Below, piece by piece: positions 1 through 7,425 of a DNA stretch of 17,014 nucleotides (the first letter of the stretch is position 1; every line of letters begins with the position of its first letter). Position numbers and translations under genes: made by a program. The notes under the pieces are model-generated. The model worked only from the letters and a program-made list of their open reading frames with translations. It did not search any database and was not told where the DNA came from. The stretch spans positions 1-17,014 of the forward strand of contig CAYXWT010000005.1 of the NCBI GenBank assembly GCA_964468895.1. The letters are read 5' to 3'. The DNA comes from an uncultured archaeon. Its GTDB lineage: Archaea > Iainarchaeota > Iainarchaeia > Iainarchaeales > CSSED10-239.

Positions 1-503
1 TTGAGGATTACGTATTACCGCGGCGGCTGGCACGTATATTGCCCTCCTCTTATTCGCGTAGCGTTCTAGACTATACAAAAGCCTGTTTTTGCAGGCACTT
101 GGAATCGCATTATCACGGTTTCCCGCATTGTAAATGTTTCGTAACTGCTGCACCCCGTAGGGCTAGGGACCTTATCTCAGTTCCCTTCTCCGGGCGCTCT
201 CTTTCAAGACCCGTACAGATCTTCGGCTTGGTAGGCAGTTACCCTACCAACAACCTAATCTGACGCAGTCCCATCTTTTTGCATCCTACAAACATGAATG
301 TAAGACCTTTCATATAATAATCATTCCAGATTTATTATACTATTAAGCATTATACTTAGTTTCCCAAGTTTAACTTATCAAAAAGGTAGGTTGACCACGC
401 GTTACTGAGCCGTATGCCAAAACCTCTCATAGTTGAGGCTTTTAGACTTGCATGTCTTAGTCCGATTCCAATAGCAGTATCCACCAGCAGGATCAGCTGG
501 AAT
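1..503 (-). rRNA. rrs: 16S (SSU) rRNA, 5' ~500 nt, archaeal type; gene continues beyond window start
   Basis: The reverse complement of 490-503 reads ATTCCAGCTGATCC..., matching the archaeal SSU 5' end (ATTCCGGTTGATCCTGCC type). The rc of 12-33 reads GTGCCAGCCGCCGCGGTAATAC (universal 515 region) and the rc of 145-160 reads CTACGGGGTGCAGCAG. G+C is clearly higher than in flanking DNA. The exact 5' end is approximate (+/- a few nt). Confidence 0.93.
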
Positions 504-851
504 TGGTATTAAAATGCACACATATATAGTATATGTCATTTATAATATCTTCTAACATCAGACTCAAAATAACTTGAACCCTCATAAAAACAAGAAAAAT
601 CGTTTGTTTTACTAATTCAAAAAAAGTTGAACTAGTATAAACTAATAGGGAACAAAACATTTATAAAGAGATCATCGAAGAGTCTAATATACATATAATA
701 AGCTAGAATTCTTCAAAAATATTTTATAAATTACATTCCAAATATATTATGATTAGAAAAAAATATAAATATATCGTTAATATAAATTTAAGAAATAGAA
801 ATAGAATTTTTTTAAAAATAGATTAAAATTAAATAAAAAAGAAAAAAAGAT

Positions 852-983
852 TTAAGAAGCAGCTTTCTTTCTTAAATACTTTCTTTGTCTCTTTTTCTCT
901 CTCATCTTCTTCTTTTTCCATTTCCAACGCTGTCTAGCCTTGGTTTTTTTGAATCTACTTGAATCTTTTTTTCTAGTACCCAT
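852..983 (-). CDS. rpl41e: ribosomal protein L41e-like, 43 aa, extremely basic (below ORF-track size cut-off)
   Basis: The minus-strand ATG at 983-981 and TAA at 854-852 give MGTRKKDSSRFKKTKARQRWKWKKKKMREKKRQRKYLRKKAAS. The RWKWKKKKMR-KKRQRK core matches the K/R-W-K/R-KKR-M-R...KRKRRK signature of eukaryotic/archaeal L41e. The gene sits between a tRNA and the 16S gene on the same strand. Confidence 0.55.
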   Translation of the reverse strand: MGTRKKDSSRFKKTKARQRWKWKKKKMREKKRQRKYLRKKAAS

Positions 984-1014
984 TTTAAATTTCACCTAAC
1001 AAATATTATTGCTA

Positions 1015-1088
1015 TGCTCCGAACGGGATTCGAACCCGTGTTATCGGCTTGAAAGGCCAAAGTGATTACCGGGCTACACTACCGGAGC
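1015..1088 (-). tRNA. tRNA-Glu (anticodon UUC)
   Basis: The rc reads GCTCCGGTAGTGTAGCCCGGTAATCACTTTGGCCTTTCAAGCCGATAACACGGGTTCGAATCCCGTTCGGAGCA. It folds by hand into a cloverleaf with a 7-bp acceptor stem (one G-U), a 5-bp anticodon stem TTGGC/GCCGA, the loop CT-TTC-AA and a T-arm ACGGG-TTCGAAT-CCCGT. The discriminator is A and no CCA is encoded. Confidence 0.9.
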
Positions 1089-1255
1089 ATGTAAATAACC
1101 TATTACTTTCTTCCAAAAATAATTTAACATCTGATTTCAGTTTATTAATTATTTAAAAAATAATTATAAAATATAAATAGATTATAAATAATAAAGGTAA
1201 GTAAACATTTATAAATATATTTTTTCAGAATATTAATAATATATTTGAGAAAAAA

Positions 1256-2120
1256 ATGAGTATACAAAGATTTGTTGAAAACTTTAAAAATAACGTTAAT
1301 AAAAGTATATAAAATTATATTTCTAGAAATATAAACAATATTAATTTAGAAAAACATTTAATTTTTAATAAAAAAGAAATTTCATATAAAAATACAGTTC
1401 AAAAAAACATAATTAATCTTATTTAGGTTTTAGATTGTACAATTAATATAGGTTCATTAATATCTTTTTTACCTTTAAAAATAATATTTAAGAATGAATT
1501 AAATTTAGATAATTATAAAAAATTAGAAATATTTAAATTATATACTAAAGTATTAAATTCAATTCATTTAGGTCAAACAGCAGATATATTTTGGCATAAC
1601 ATACATAATTATAATATTAATTATGAACGATATTTAATTATGTATTCTTGTAAAACATAAGTTCTTACAAGACTTTGTACAAAATTAGGTTCTATTTTAG
1701 GTACTTATAACAATATACAACAAAGCAGATCATATAAATTTGCTTAAAAAATAGGTGTTACTTTTCAAATATAAGATGATATATTATATCTTAAATCTAG
1801 TAATGAATTTAATAAAATTTGTGGCTGTCAAGATATAGTTAAAGGTAAAAAAACAATCAGAATAATACATACTTTAAATAATTGCAATTTAGAAAAAAAA
1901 TAAATTAATTGAAATATTAAATAAAAAAGAAAATAAAAATCAAAAAAATAAAAATGCTGTAGAAATTATTAATAAGTATAATAGTATTGAATTTGCAGAA
2001 AACAAAGTGAAATAAATAATATTAGAAAGTATAAAAGATATTAATAAATATCTAAAAGAATCTAAATGTAAAAAATACTTACTATAATTTACAGATTATG
2101 TAATTAATAGAAAAATATAA
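1256..2120 (+). pseudogene. trans-polyprenyl (GGPP/FPP-type) diphosphate synthase, disrupted by 7 in-frame stops and one +1 frameshift
   Basis: The conceptual translation from ATG 1256 carries family motifs in the expected order: HLGQTADI (GQ..D), YLIMYSCKT*VL (Y..M...KT.xL), KIGVTFQI*DDIL (G.AFQIxDD second Asp-rich motif) and VKGKKTIRIIHTL (eGKkT.p.ihal). After a shift near 1901 it continues KLIEILNKK...AVEIINKYNSIEFAENK...FTDYVINRKI*. In-frame stops are TAA 1310, TAG 1424, TAA 1658, TAA 1745, TAA 1772, TAA 2013 and TAA 2085. The first Asp-rich motif is degraded to VLDCTIN and the region after it is shortened. Confidence 0.75.
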
Positions 2121-2152
2121 AATTGTTTTGTTTATTATATATAATATAGGTA

Positions 2153-2536
2153 ATGAATATGGATTCAATAGAAAAAATACTTTTTTTACCACATTGTTTA
2201 AGAAAAGCACAAACTTGTAAAGCAACTATAGATAAAAATGGGTATAATTGTAAATTTTGTAATATAGATTGTAAAGTTGGAATTATAAAAAAGTATGCTG
2301 AAAAAAGAGGTTTTTCTGTTTTTATAGCACCTGGTGGAACACTTGTAAAAAATATAATTTCAAAATATAATCCAAAAACTGTTATTGGCATTTGTTGTAA
2401 AAAAGAAGTTAAATTAGCTTTAGATTATCTTAAGAATTATAGTGGAACAATAGATTATATAAAACTTTGCAAAGATGGATGTATTAACACAGATGTAAAT
2501 TTAAATGAAGTTTATAGTAAATTAGATAAATACTAA
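2153..2536 (+). CDS. DUF116-family Cys-rich protein (function unknown)
   Basis: 127-aa ORF with AGGT 2 nt upstream of the ATG. The pattern LFLPHCLR...C......Y.C..C...C.....YAE..GF.V.I.PGGT.V...I....P..VIGI.C..E...........I.L..DGC.NT.V is as I recall for DUF116. Confidence 0.65.
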   Translation: MNMDSIEKILFLPHCLRKAQTCKATIDKNGYNCKFCNIDCKVGIIKKYAEKRGFSVFIAPGGTLVKNIISKYNPKTVIGICCKKEVKLALDYLKNYSGTIDYIKLCKDGCINTDVNLNEVYSKLDKY

Positions 2537-2659
2537 AAAAATAATTATTTATAAGGTTTGTTATTCTTAATTATATATAAATTCCTAGTTTTTAAATTTA
2601 AACTGAATTTAATTAAATTGAATATAAATTAAATATTATTAATTATAGAGGTAATAATT

Positions 2660-2809
2660 ATGGATGAAATTGCAAAAAAAAGAAGATTAGTAAATGTATG
2701 GGTATGCATGAAATGTAATGCAACTATGAGATCTCCTAAAAAACCAGAATTTTGTAGAACTTGTGGATCTGTTAGAATCAGAGCAAAAAAGAAAGGTAAA
2801 AAAGTATAG
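2660..2809 (+). CDS. rpl40e: ribosomal protein L40e (49 aa; below ORF-track cut-off)
   Basis: ATG 2660 is preceded by GAGGT at 2648-2652 and the stop is TAG 2807-2809. The translation is MDEIAKKRRLVNVWVCMKCNATMRSPKKPEFCRTCGSVRIRAKKKGKKV. It has the C-x2-C...C-x2-C zinc ribbon and basic tail typical of archaeal L40e. Confidence 0.8.
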   Translation: MDEIAKKRRLVNVWVCMKCNATMRSPKKPEFCRTCGSVRIRAKKKGKKV

Positions 2810-2852
2810 TTAATTAAAATAATTAATTTAAATTACAATTAACTTCTATTTC

Positions 2853-2865
2853 TTTTTTTATTTTT
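2853..2865 (+). terminator. oligo-T tract (T7 A T5) downstream of L40e; candidate archaeal intrinsic terminator
   Basis: The sequence tttttttattttt lies 44 nt after the L40e stop in a convergent gap. Archaeal RNAP terminates at oligo-T runs. T-runs are common in this AT-rich DNA, so support is weak. Confidence 0.3.
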
Positions 2866-2870
2866 AATTT

Positions 2871-3911
2871 TTAAAACCATTTAGTAATATTTTTCTGCTT
2901 TTGAACATTATCTTTTTCTTTAATAAAATTATCTAAATAGTTTTCTAATCTTACTTTTTCAAAATCATATTTATTAATTAATAATTCTTCTAATTTAATT
3001 CTATTAAAATTAGATTTATTAAATTCTGGATTTTTAGAAATATTTGGATTTAAAAATATATCTTCTACAACTTTATAGTCAAAATCTATAACTTTATTTT
3101 TACTTTTTAAATAAGTAATAATACTTTCAAAATCATCATTATTTTGAACAAGTTTAAGAGCAGTTTTAGGCCCAACACCTATTATTTTTTTATTAAAATC
3201 AGTTCCTATTAATATGCTTAACCAAATTAACTTTTGTCTAGTAATATTAAGATCTTTATAAATAGTATCAGCATAAATAATACAAGGCAAATTATCTACA
3301 AATCTATTTTTAGATATTACTTTTCTTTTTCCAGAAATACTTACATTTTTAAGTAAATGTGGAGAACCAAATAAAAAACAGTCATAATCTTGAGAAGAAG
3401 CATAGTCTAGCAAACCATCTTTAACCATAACAGATATTTGTGATTCTGCCTCACCTGGGGCTGTAAAACAAGGTACCCCTAAATAATTTAACAGCTCTTT
3501 AGATTGATCAATAATATCAGCATTTATGGTAGCTGATTGCTTACCATATCTATAAATGTCAAAAATATTTTCTTTTTCTATTGCAATATTATATTTTACT
3601 CTAGCATCAGCTCTTCTTTGTCTTCTATCTTGTTTAGTTTGATCTTTTAATTTATTACTGGTACCATCAAATACAAAAAAAGGTTGAATACCATATTTAA
3701 GTATATTTGTAACTCTATAAAATAAACCATTTATATGACTAGTAACATCTCCAGATTTATTTTTTAAAGGTAAACCATCTGAACCTCTTATAGTAGTTAC
3801 AAATTGATATAGCATATTATAAGCATCAAAACCTATTTTTTTGTTTTTAAAATTTTTTAAATCTATATCTTGTCTATATTCTTTAATTAAAGAACCAATT
3901 GCTACACCCAT
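2871..3911 (-). CDS. fen: flap endonuclease 1 (FEN1/XPG family)
   Basis: 346 aa. The N-terminus reads MGV.IG.LI......I.L..F..KKIG.DAYN.LYQF, followed by FVFDG, GEAE.Q and GTDFN...GVGPKTALKLV (H3TH). A C-terminal PIP-box-like QKNITKWF is present. Confidence 0.93.
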   Translation of the reverse strand: MGVAIGSLIKEYRQDIDLKNFKNKKIGFDAYNMLYQFVTTIRGSDGLPLKNKSGDVTSHINGLFYRVTNILKYGIQPFFVFDGTSNKLKDQTKQDRRQRRADARVKYNIAIEKENIFDIYRYGKQSATINADIIDQSKELLNYLGVPCFTAPGEAESQISVMVKDGLLDYASSQDYDCFLFGSPHLLKNVSISGKRKVISKNRFVDNLPCIIYADTIYKDLNITRQKLIWLSILIGTDFNKKIIGVGPKTALKLVQNNDDFESIITYLKSKNKVIDFDYKVVEDIFLNPNISKNPEFNKSNFNRIKLEELLINKYDFEKVRLENYLDNFIKEKDNVQKQKNITKWF

Positions 3912-4087
3912 TAAAAAACCTCTTATATCTTAGTATATTATTATAAAAATTAATTATAAAAATCATTTAAATATATAAATTATTACTTACATACATTAGA
4001 TAATAAAAGTAAATATAAATATTATTGTTTCCATATATATAGTATATTAATTTTATATAAAATATATTTTAAATAAGTGTAATAAAT

Positions 4088-4978
4088 ATGCCTGTTAAAA
4101 GAGATATCATCTTAATTATTGAAGGTGGCGCTATGAGTGGTATTTTTTCCACTGGAGTAGTAAGTTCATTTGAACAAAGAAAACTATATCCACAAATACA
4201 CAGCATATATTGTGTATCTGCTGGAGCACAAACAAGTGCTTATTTCTTATCTAAAAAAATACCTAAAGCTGTAGAAATATATACTAAAGATTTATTATCT
4301 AAAAGACAAAAATTTTTAAATCTTAATATATTTAAAATAATTTCTAAAGTTTGGAATTTAATTATTTATAAAGAAAATATGCACTTAATGGATTTAGAAG
4401 TTTTAAAACAAATTCAAAAAACTAAAACTAAAATTAATTTTAAAAATATTAAAGACTCAAAAATTAATTTTTTCGTAAAAGTTTTTGATTTTAAAAATTT
4501 GTGTGTAAAATATGTTGATGGTAAAAAAAACACATCTGAAATAATTAATGTTTCATCTAATATGCCACCATATATGTATTTAAAAACAAGATATACAAAC
4601 TATTATGATGGATCAATAGTTCCAAGTGATGATTTTCTAGATATAGTTAAACAGAATAAAAATAAAAAAATAATTTGGATACTTAATGAAAGAAGAACAA
4701 TATTTAGAAAAATGCACGATTTACCTTTTAGAATAATAGATTTATTGTTAAAAACAAGATACCTTGGTTTAGATTATATGACTTATCACATAATACATTT
4801 TTTTGATGTTCCAACTATAGAAAGATTAAAATTATATAAAAATGTATATTTAGTATATCCAGATAATAATGTAAGAAATTTTACTAGAAATAAAAAGAAA
4901 TTATTAAAATTATATTATCACGGTGTAAAAAAAGGAGATCAAGTTTTAAAAAAATTAAATATTAAATTTAAATTATAA
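4088..4978 (+). CDS. patatin-like phospholipase/acyl hydrolase family protein
   Basis: 296 aa. IIEGGAMSGIFSTGVV matches the patatin GGG.RG oxyanion loop. YCVSAGAQ matches G-x-S-x-G with the first Gly replaced by Cys. YYDGSIV matches the catalytic DG(G/A) motif. Confidence 0.6.
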   Translation: MPVKRDIILIIEGGAMSGIFSTGVVSSFEQRKLYPQIHSIYCVSAGAQTSAYFLSKKIPKAVEIYTKDLLSKRQKFLNLNIFKIISKVWNLIIYKENMHLMDLEVLKQIQKTKTKINFKNIKDSKINFFVKVFDFKNLCVKYVDGKKNTSEIINVSSNMPPYMYLKTRYTNYYDGSIVPSDDFLDIVKQNKNKKIIWILNERRTIFRKMHDLPFRIIDLLLKTRYLGLDYMTYHIIHFFDVPTIERLKLYKNVYLVYPDNNVRNFTRNKKKLLKLYYHGVKKGDQVLKKLNIKFKL

Positions 4979-4983
4979 AAATA

Positions 4984-4988
4984 AGGAG
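4984..4988 (+). promoter_or_regulatory. Shine-Dalgarno-like AGGAG, 8 nt upstream of the M50 protease ATG
   Basis: The sequence is ataAGGAGttttaattATG. The 16S 3' end is outside the window, so the anti-SD cannot be confirmed. Confidence 0.5.
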
Positions 4989-4996
4989 TTTTAATT

Positions 4997-6379
4997 ATGG
5001 GTACAATACTGTGGATTATATTAATTATAGCAATTTTAGTATTATGTGCAAAAATTGCAAAAACATTTTTTAAAAAAGATACAACACTAGGGTGTTTAAT
5101 ACTATTAAAAACAAACTATTTTTCTAAAGTTATAGAAAAACTTGGAAAACACACAAAGTTTCTAGATTTTATTTCAAAAGCAGGAATAGTTATTGGTTTT
5201 GGTGCTTTTGGATGGGATTATGTTATAAAAAATAAAAAAATTTCTAAAAACAATAGATTTCTTTTATTTATAATAATTACAATTGCCTTATCATTTATAA
5301 CATATCTACTTGCAGGAAATATGTTTTTACATAATCCAATAATACCACAGTTTATTGGATATTTCATAATATTTTTAACTGGTCTTATGGGTCTAAGTGG
5401 TTTTACTTTAGGGTCTTTAATTTATTCTGCATATGATATTATTGCAAAAATGATTATAGGACAAGTTGCTTGTCCAGGAGTTGGATTAGTAATTCCTGGT
5501 GTTAAAATGCCAAAAGTAGATTTCCAAGTACCATTATATGGATGGATTATTTTAATAATTTCAGCTATGATTCATGAATTCTTCCATGGCGCTTTACTTA
5601 GAAGATTTAAATTAAAAATTAAATCTGTTGGAGTAATACTTGCAGCAATATTACCACTAGGTGCTTTTGTTGAACCTGATGAAAAAGAACTTAAAAAAGC
5701 AGATCATAATAAAGTTGCACAAATGTATTCTGCTGGTCCTACTAGTAATGTTTTATTATCAATAATATTTATAATATTATTACTTATAACTAATGCTGCC
5801 TCTAACTCATATATTACAGATATTAATAATCAAAAAGATATAGGTATTAAAGTTTCAAATATTGAAGAAGAAACTAATATTTGTGGTAGTATATTTGAAA
5901 ATCCTGCTTATGGGGTGTTACAAGTAAATGATTTAATATTAAATGTAAATGGAAAAGAAATAAAAACAAATTCAGATTATAAAAATTCTTTAAAACAAGA
6001 TTCAAAAAATATATTTGAAGTAATTAACTTAGATACAAATATTTCTAGAATAGAATATATAAAAACAAATGAACTTGGAAATATAGGATTTTCTGCTGAA
6101 ATTCTTAAAAATAAAAATTTTAAAATTCCTTTTAAATATAAGTTTTTACTAGTACTAGCATCAGTTCTTAGTTGGACTGCTTTATTAAATTTTTTAATTG
6201 GAGCTGTAAACTTTTTACCAACTGTACCTTTTGATGGTGGATTTTTATCACAAGCAATATTTAGTAGATATCTAAATAAAAAACAAAATTTAAAGAAAAG
6301 AATGAAAAAAGTAGGTAAATTCTTTGCAATAGTAATAATTATATTATTAATATTAAATATAATTCCTTACTTTTTGTAA
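4997..6379 (+). CDS. site-2 protease family (peptidase M50) membrane metalloprotease with PDZ domain
   Basis: 460 aa with multiple hydrophobic helices. It has HEFFH (HExxH) in a TM segment and a central PDZ-like segment (VLQVNDLILNVNGKEIKT). The C-terminal NFLPTVPFDGG matches the NxxPxxxxDG motif. Confidence 0.85.
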   Translation: MGTILWIILIIAILVLCAKIAKTFFKKDTTLGCLILLKTNYFSKVIEKLGKHTKFLDFISKAGIVIGFGAFGWDYVIKNKKISKNNRFLLFIIITIALSFITYLLAGNMFLHNPIIPQFIGYFIIFLTGLMGLSGFTLGSLIYSAYDIIAKMIIGQVACPGVGLVIPGVKMPKVDFQVPLYGWIILIISAMIHEFFHGALLRRFKLKIKSVGVILAAILPLGAFVEPDEKELKKADHNKVAQMYSAGPTSNVLLSIIFIILLLITNAASNSYITDINNQKDIGIKVSNIEEETNICGSIFENPAYGVLQVNDLILNVNGKEIKTNSDYKNSLKQDSKNIFEVINLDTNISRIEYIKTNELGNIGFSAEILKNKNFKIPFKYKFLLVLASVLSWTALLNFLIGAVNFLPTVPFDGGFLSQAIFSRYLNKKQNLKKRMKKVGKFFAIVIIILLILNIIPYFL

Positions 6380-6397
6380 AAAAACACTTTACTAGAT

Positions 6398-7237
6398 TTA
6401 AAAAAAACGATGAGAATTATTAAGCCAAGCATCAAAAATATATAATTTTCCTTTTTTTAAATCAATAAATAGGTTATCTAGTGTTATATCATCTATATAA
6501 TCGTAAACATCTAATTTATACTTACCTTTAAGAACATCTAATTTCTCATTAACTTGTTTTTGAAGATTTAAACACAGATTTTCAAAATCTTTCGATACAA
6601 AAATTTGATTTTTATAAACTATTTTACCATTATCTTTAATAAATAATTGAGCAACATTATCTAAACGTTTATAATCATAAACTATAAAGCTTTGGTTTGT
6701 TTTTTTATTACAAATACAACAATGAACAGGTACAACATTTAATCCAAGATCTTTTAATATATTTTGAGCAATAGATTCTCTAAAACCATCTCTACCAAAA
6801 TCATATGCAGAATTAATCTTTCCATTAACTTCTTTCACAAAATACTTATGTAGAACCTCTCCAAATCTAACTTGTTCAACAACAAAAATATTTGTATGAC
6901 TTTGTCCTTGATGAATTTTATTATTTAAACTAGCCATTCTTTTTTTAATTATAAAATTAGTACCATTTAAATTTAAGATATATTTATTTGATCCAAACTT
7001 AGGATTACAAAGATTAAATATCTCTTTAAAAAGTAATTTATGATCTAAATAAAAACTTCTGGAATTCTTTGTATATCCAAGTTCCAAGTTTTTAAATTTT
7101 TTAAAAATGAATCTATTATTATTACGATTAATTTCTTCTTTTTTAAAATTAGTTATAAAATTTCTTAATGTTACAGATTTTAAAGATTTTTCTAAGCTTC
7201 TTTTTCTTTTTTTAAACTTAGTTAATATCTTGTGCAC
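6398..7237 (-). CDS. hypothetical protein; possible minimal protein-kinase-like fold (Bud32/RIO/Kdo-kinase-like), start uncertain
   Basis: The ORF is open from 7288, but that codon is TTG and lies inside tRNA-Gly. The first ATG is only at codon 118, and GTG at 7237-7235 follows an AGGT. By eye I see FIIKKR (beta3 Lys?), RESIAQNILKDLGLNVVPV, IDDITLDNLFID (D....N catalytic loop?) and KLYIFDA (DFG-like). The protein ends 10 aa later. No confident family assignment. Confidence 0.45.
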   Translation of the reverse strand: MHKILTKFKKRKRSLEKSLKSVTLRNFITNFKKEEINRNNNRFIFKKFKNLELGYTKNSRSFYLDHKLLFKEIFNLCNPKFGSNKYILNLNGTNFIIKKRMASLNNKIHQGQSHTNIFVVEQVRFGEVLHKYFVKEVNGKINSAYDFGRDGFRESIAQNILKDLGLNVVPVHCCICNKKTNQSFIVYDYKRLDNVAQLFIKDNGKIVYKNQIFVSKDFENLCLNLQKQVNEKLDVLKGKYKLDVYDYIDDITLDNLFIDLKKGKLYIFDAWLNNSHRFF

Positions 7238-7283
7238 TGAAAACAACCTATTTGAGAAATAATGTAATAAATTAAATACAAAG

Positions 7284-7356
7284 TGCAACTACCGGGACTC
7301 GAACCCGGGTCCTGAGCTTGGAAGGCTCGCATACTAAACCACTATACTATAGTTGC
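7284..7356 (-). tRNA. tRNA-Gly (anticodon UCC)
   Basis: The rc reads GCAACTATAGTATAGTGGTTTAGTATGCGAGCCTTCCAAGCTCAGGACCCGGGTTCGAGTCCCGGTAGTTGCA. The acceptor stem GCAACTA/TAGTTGC is perfect, the anticodon loop is CT-TCC-AA and the T-arm is CCGGG-TTCGAGT-CCCGG. No CCA is encoded. Confidence 0.9.
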
Positions 7357-7377
7357 AATATCTAAAAAAAAGTACTA

Positions 7378-7387
7378 CTTATAATAA
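7378..7387 (-). promoter_or_regulatory. candidate TATA box (TTATTATAAG on minus strand) for tRNA-Gly
   Basis: It lies at -22 to -31 relative to the mature tRNA 5' end, which is the spacing expected for archaeal TBP/TFB promoters. AT-rich background makes chance matches frequent. Confidence 0.3.
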
Positions 7388-7425
7388 TGTTATATACAAC
7401 AACATTTAAAAATAATTCTAATTTT

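Noticed and set aside
1-11. Sequence just beyond the 515-region (rc ...GGTAATACGTAATCCTCAA) looked divergent from the usual archaeal ...TACCGGCAGCTCAAG, hinting at an rRNA intron.
   Set aside because: Only 11 nt are visible and they still align loosely (G.A..CTCAA) with the expected helix. There is insufficient sequence to claim an insertion.
39-263. 74-aa plus-strand ORF in the track.
   Set aside because: It lies entirely inside the 16S rRNA gene, antisense to it. It is an artefact of the G+C-richer rRNA sequence.
520-536. 7-bp hairpin (ACATATA-tag-TATATGT) just upstream of the 16S 5' end, possibly part of an rRNA processing stem.
   Set aside because: It is an all-A/T short stem that is likely by chance. 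True archaeal 16S processing stems pair the 5' leader with sequence 3' of the gene, which is outside this window.
505-851. Multiple TATA-like strings (for example TTTATAAA around 660) as the 16S promoter.
   Set aside because: TATA-like octamers occur throughout this AT-rich spacer on both strands, and none can be singled out without TSS data.
1256-2120. In-frame TAA/TAG codons might reflect stop-codon reassignment or programmed read-through, for example TAA = Gln at FQI*DD.
   Set aside because: Every intact neighbouring gene ends with TAA, and HIT and L40e end with TAG, so both codons function as stops here. The interrupted positions correspond to different expected residues. A frameshift is also present and the first Asp-rich catalytic motif is destroyed. 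Pseudogenisation explains all of this more simply.
2104-2391. 95-aa minus-strand ORF.
   Set aside because: It is antisense to the DUF116 gene and the pseudogene tail. Its composition is low-complexity F/I/Y-rich, which is typical of shadow ORFs in AT-rich DNA, and it has no motifs.
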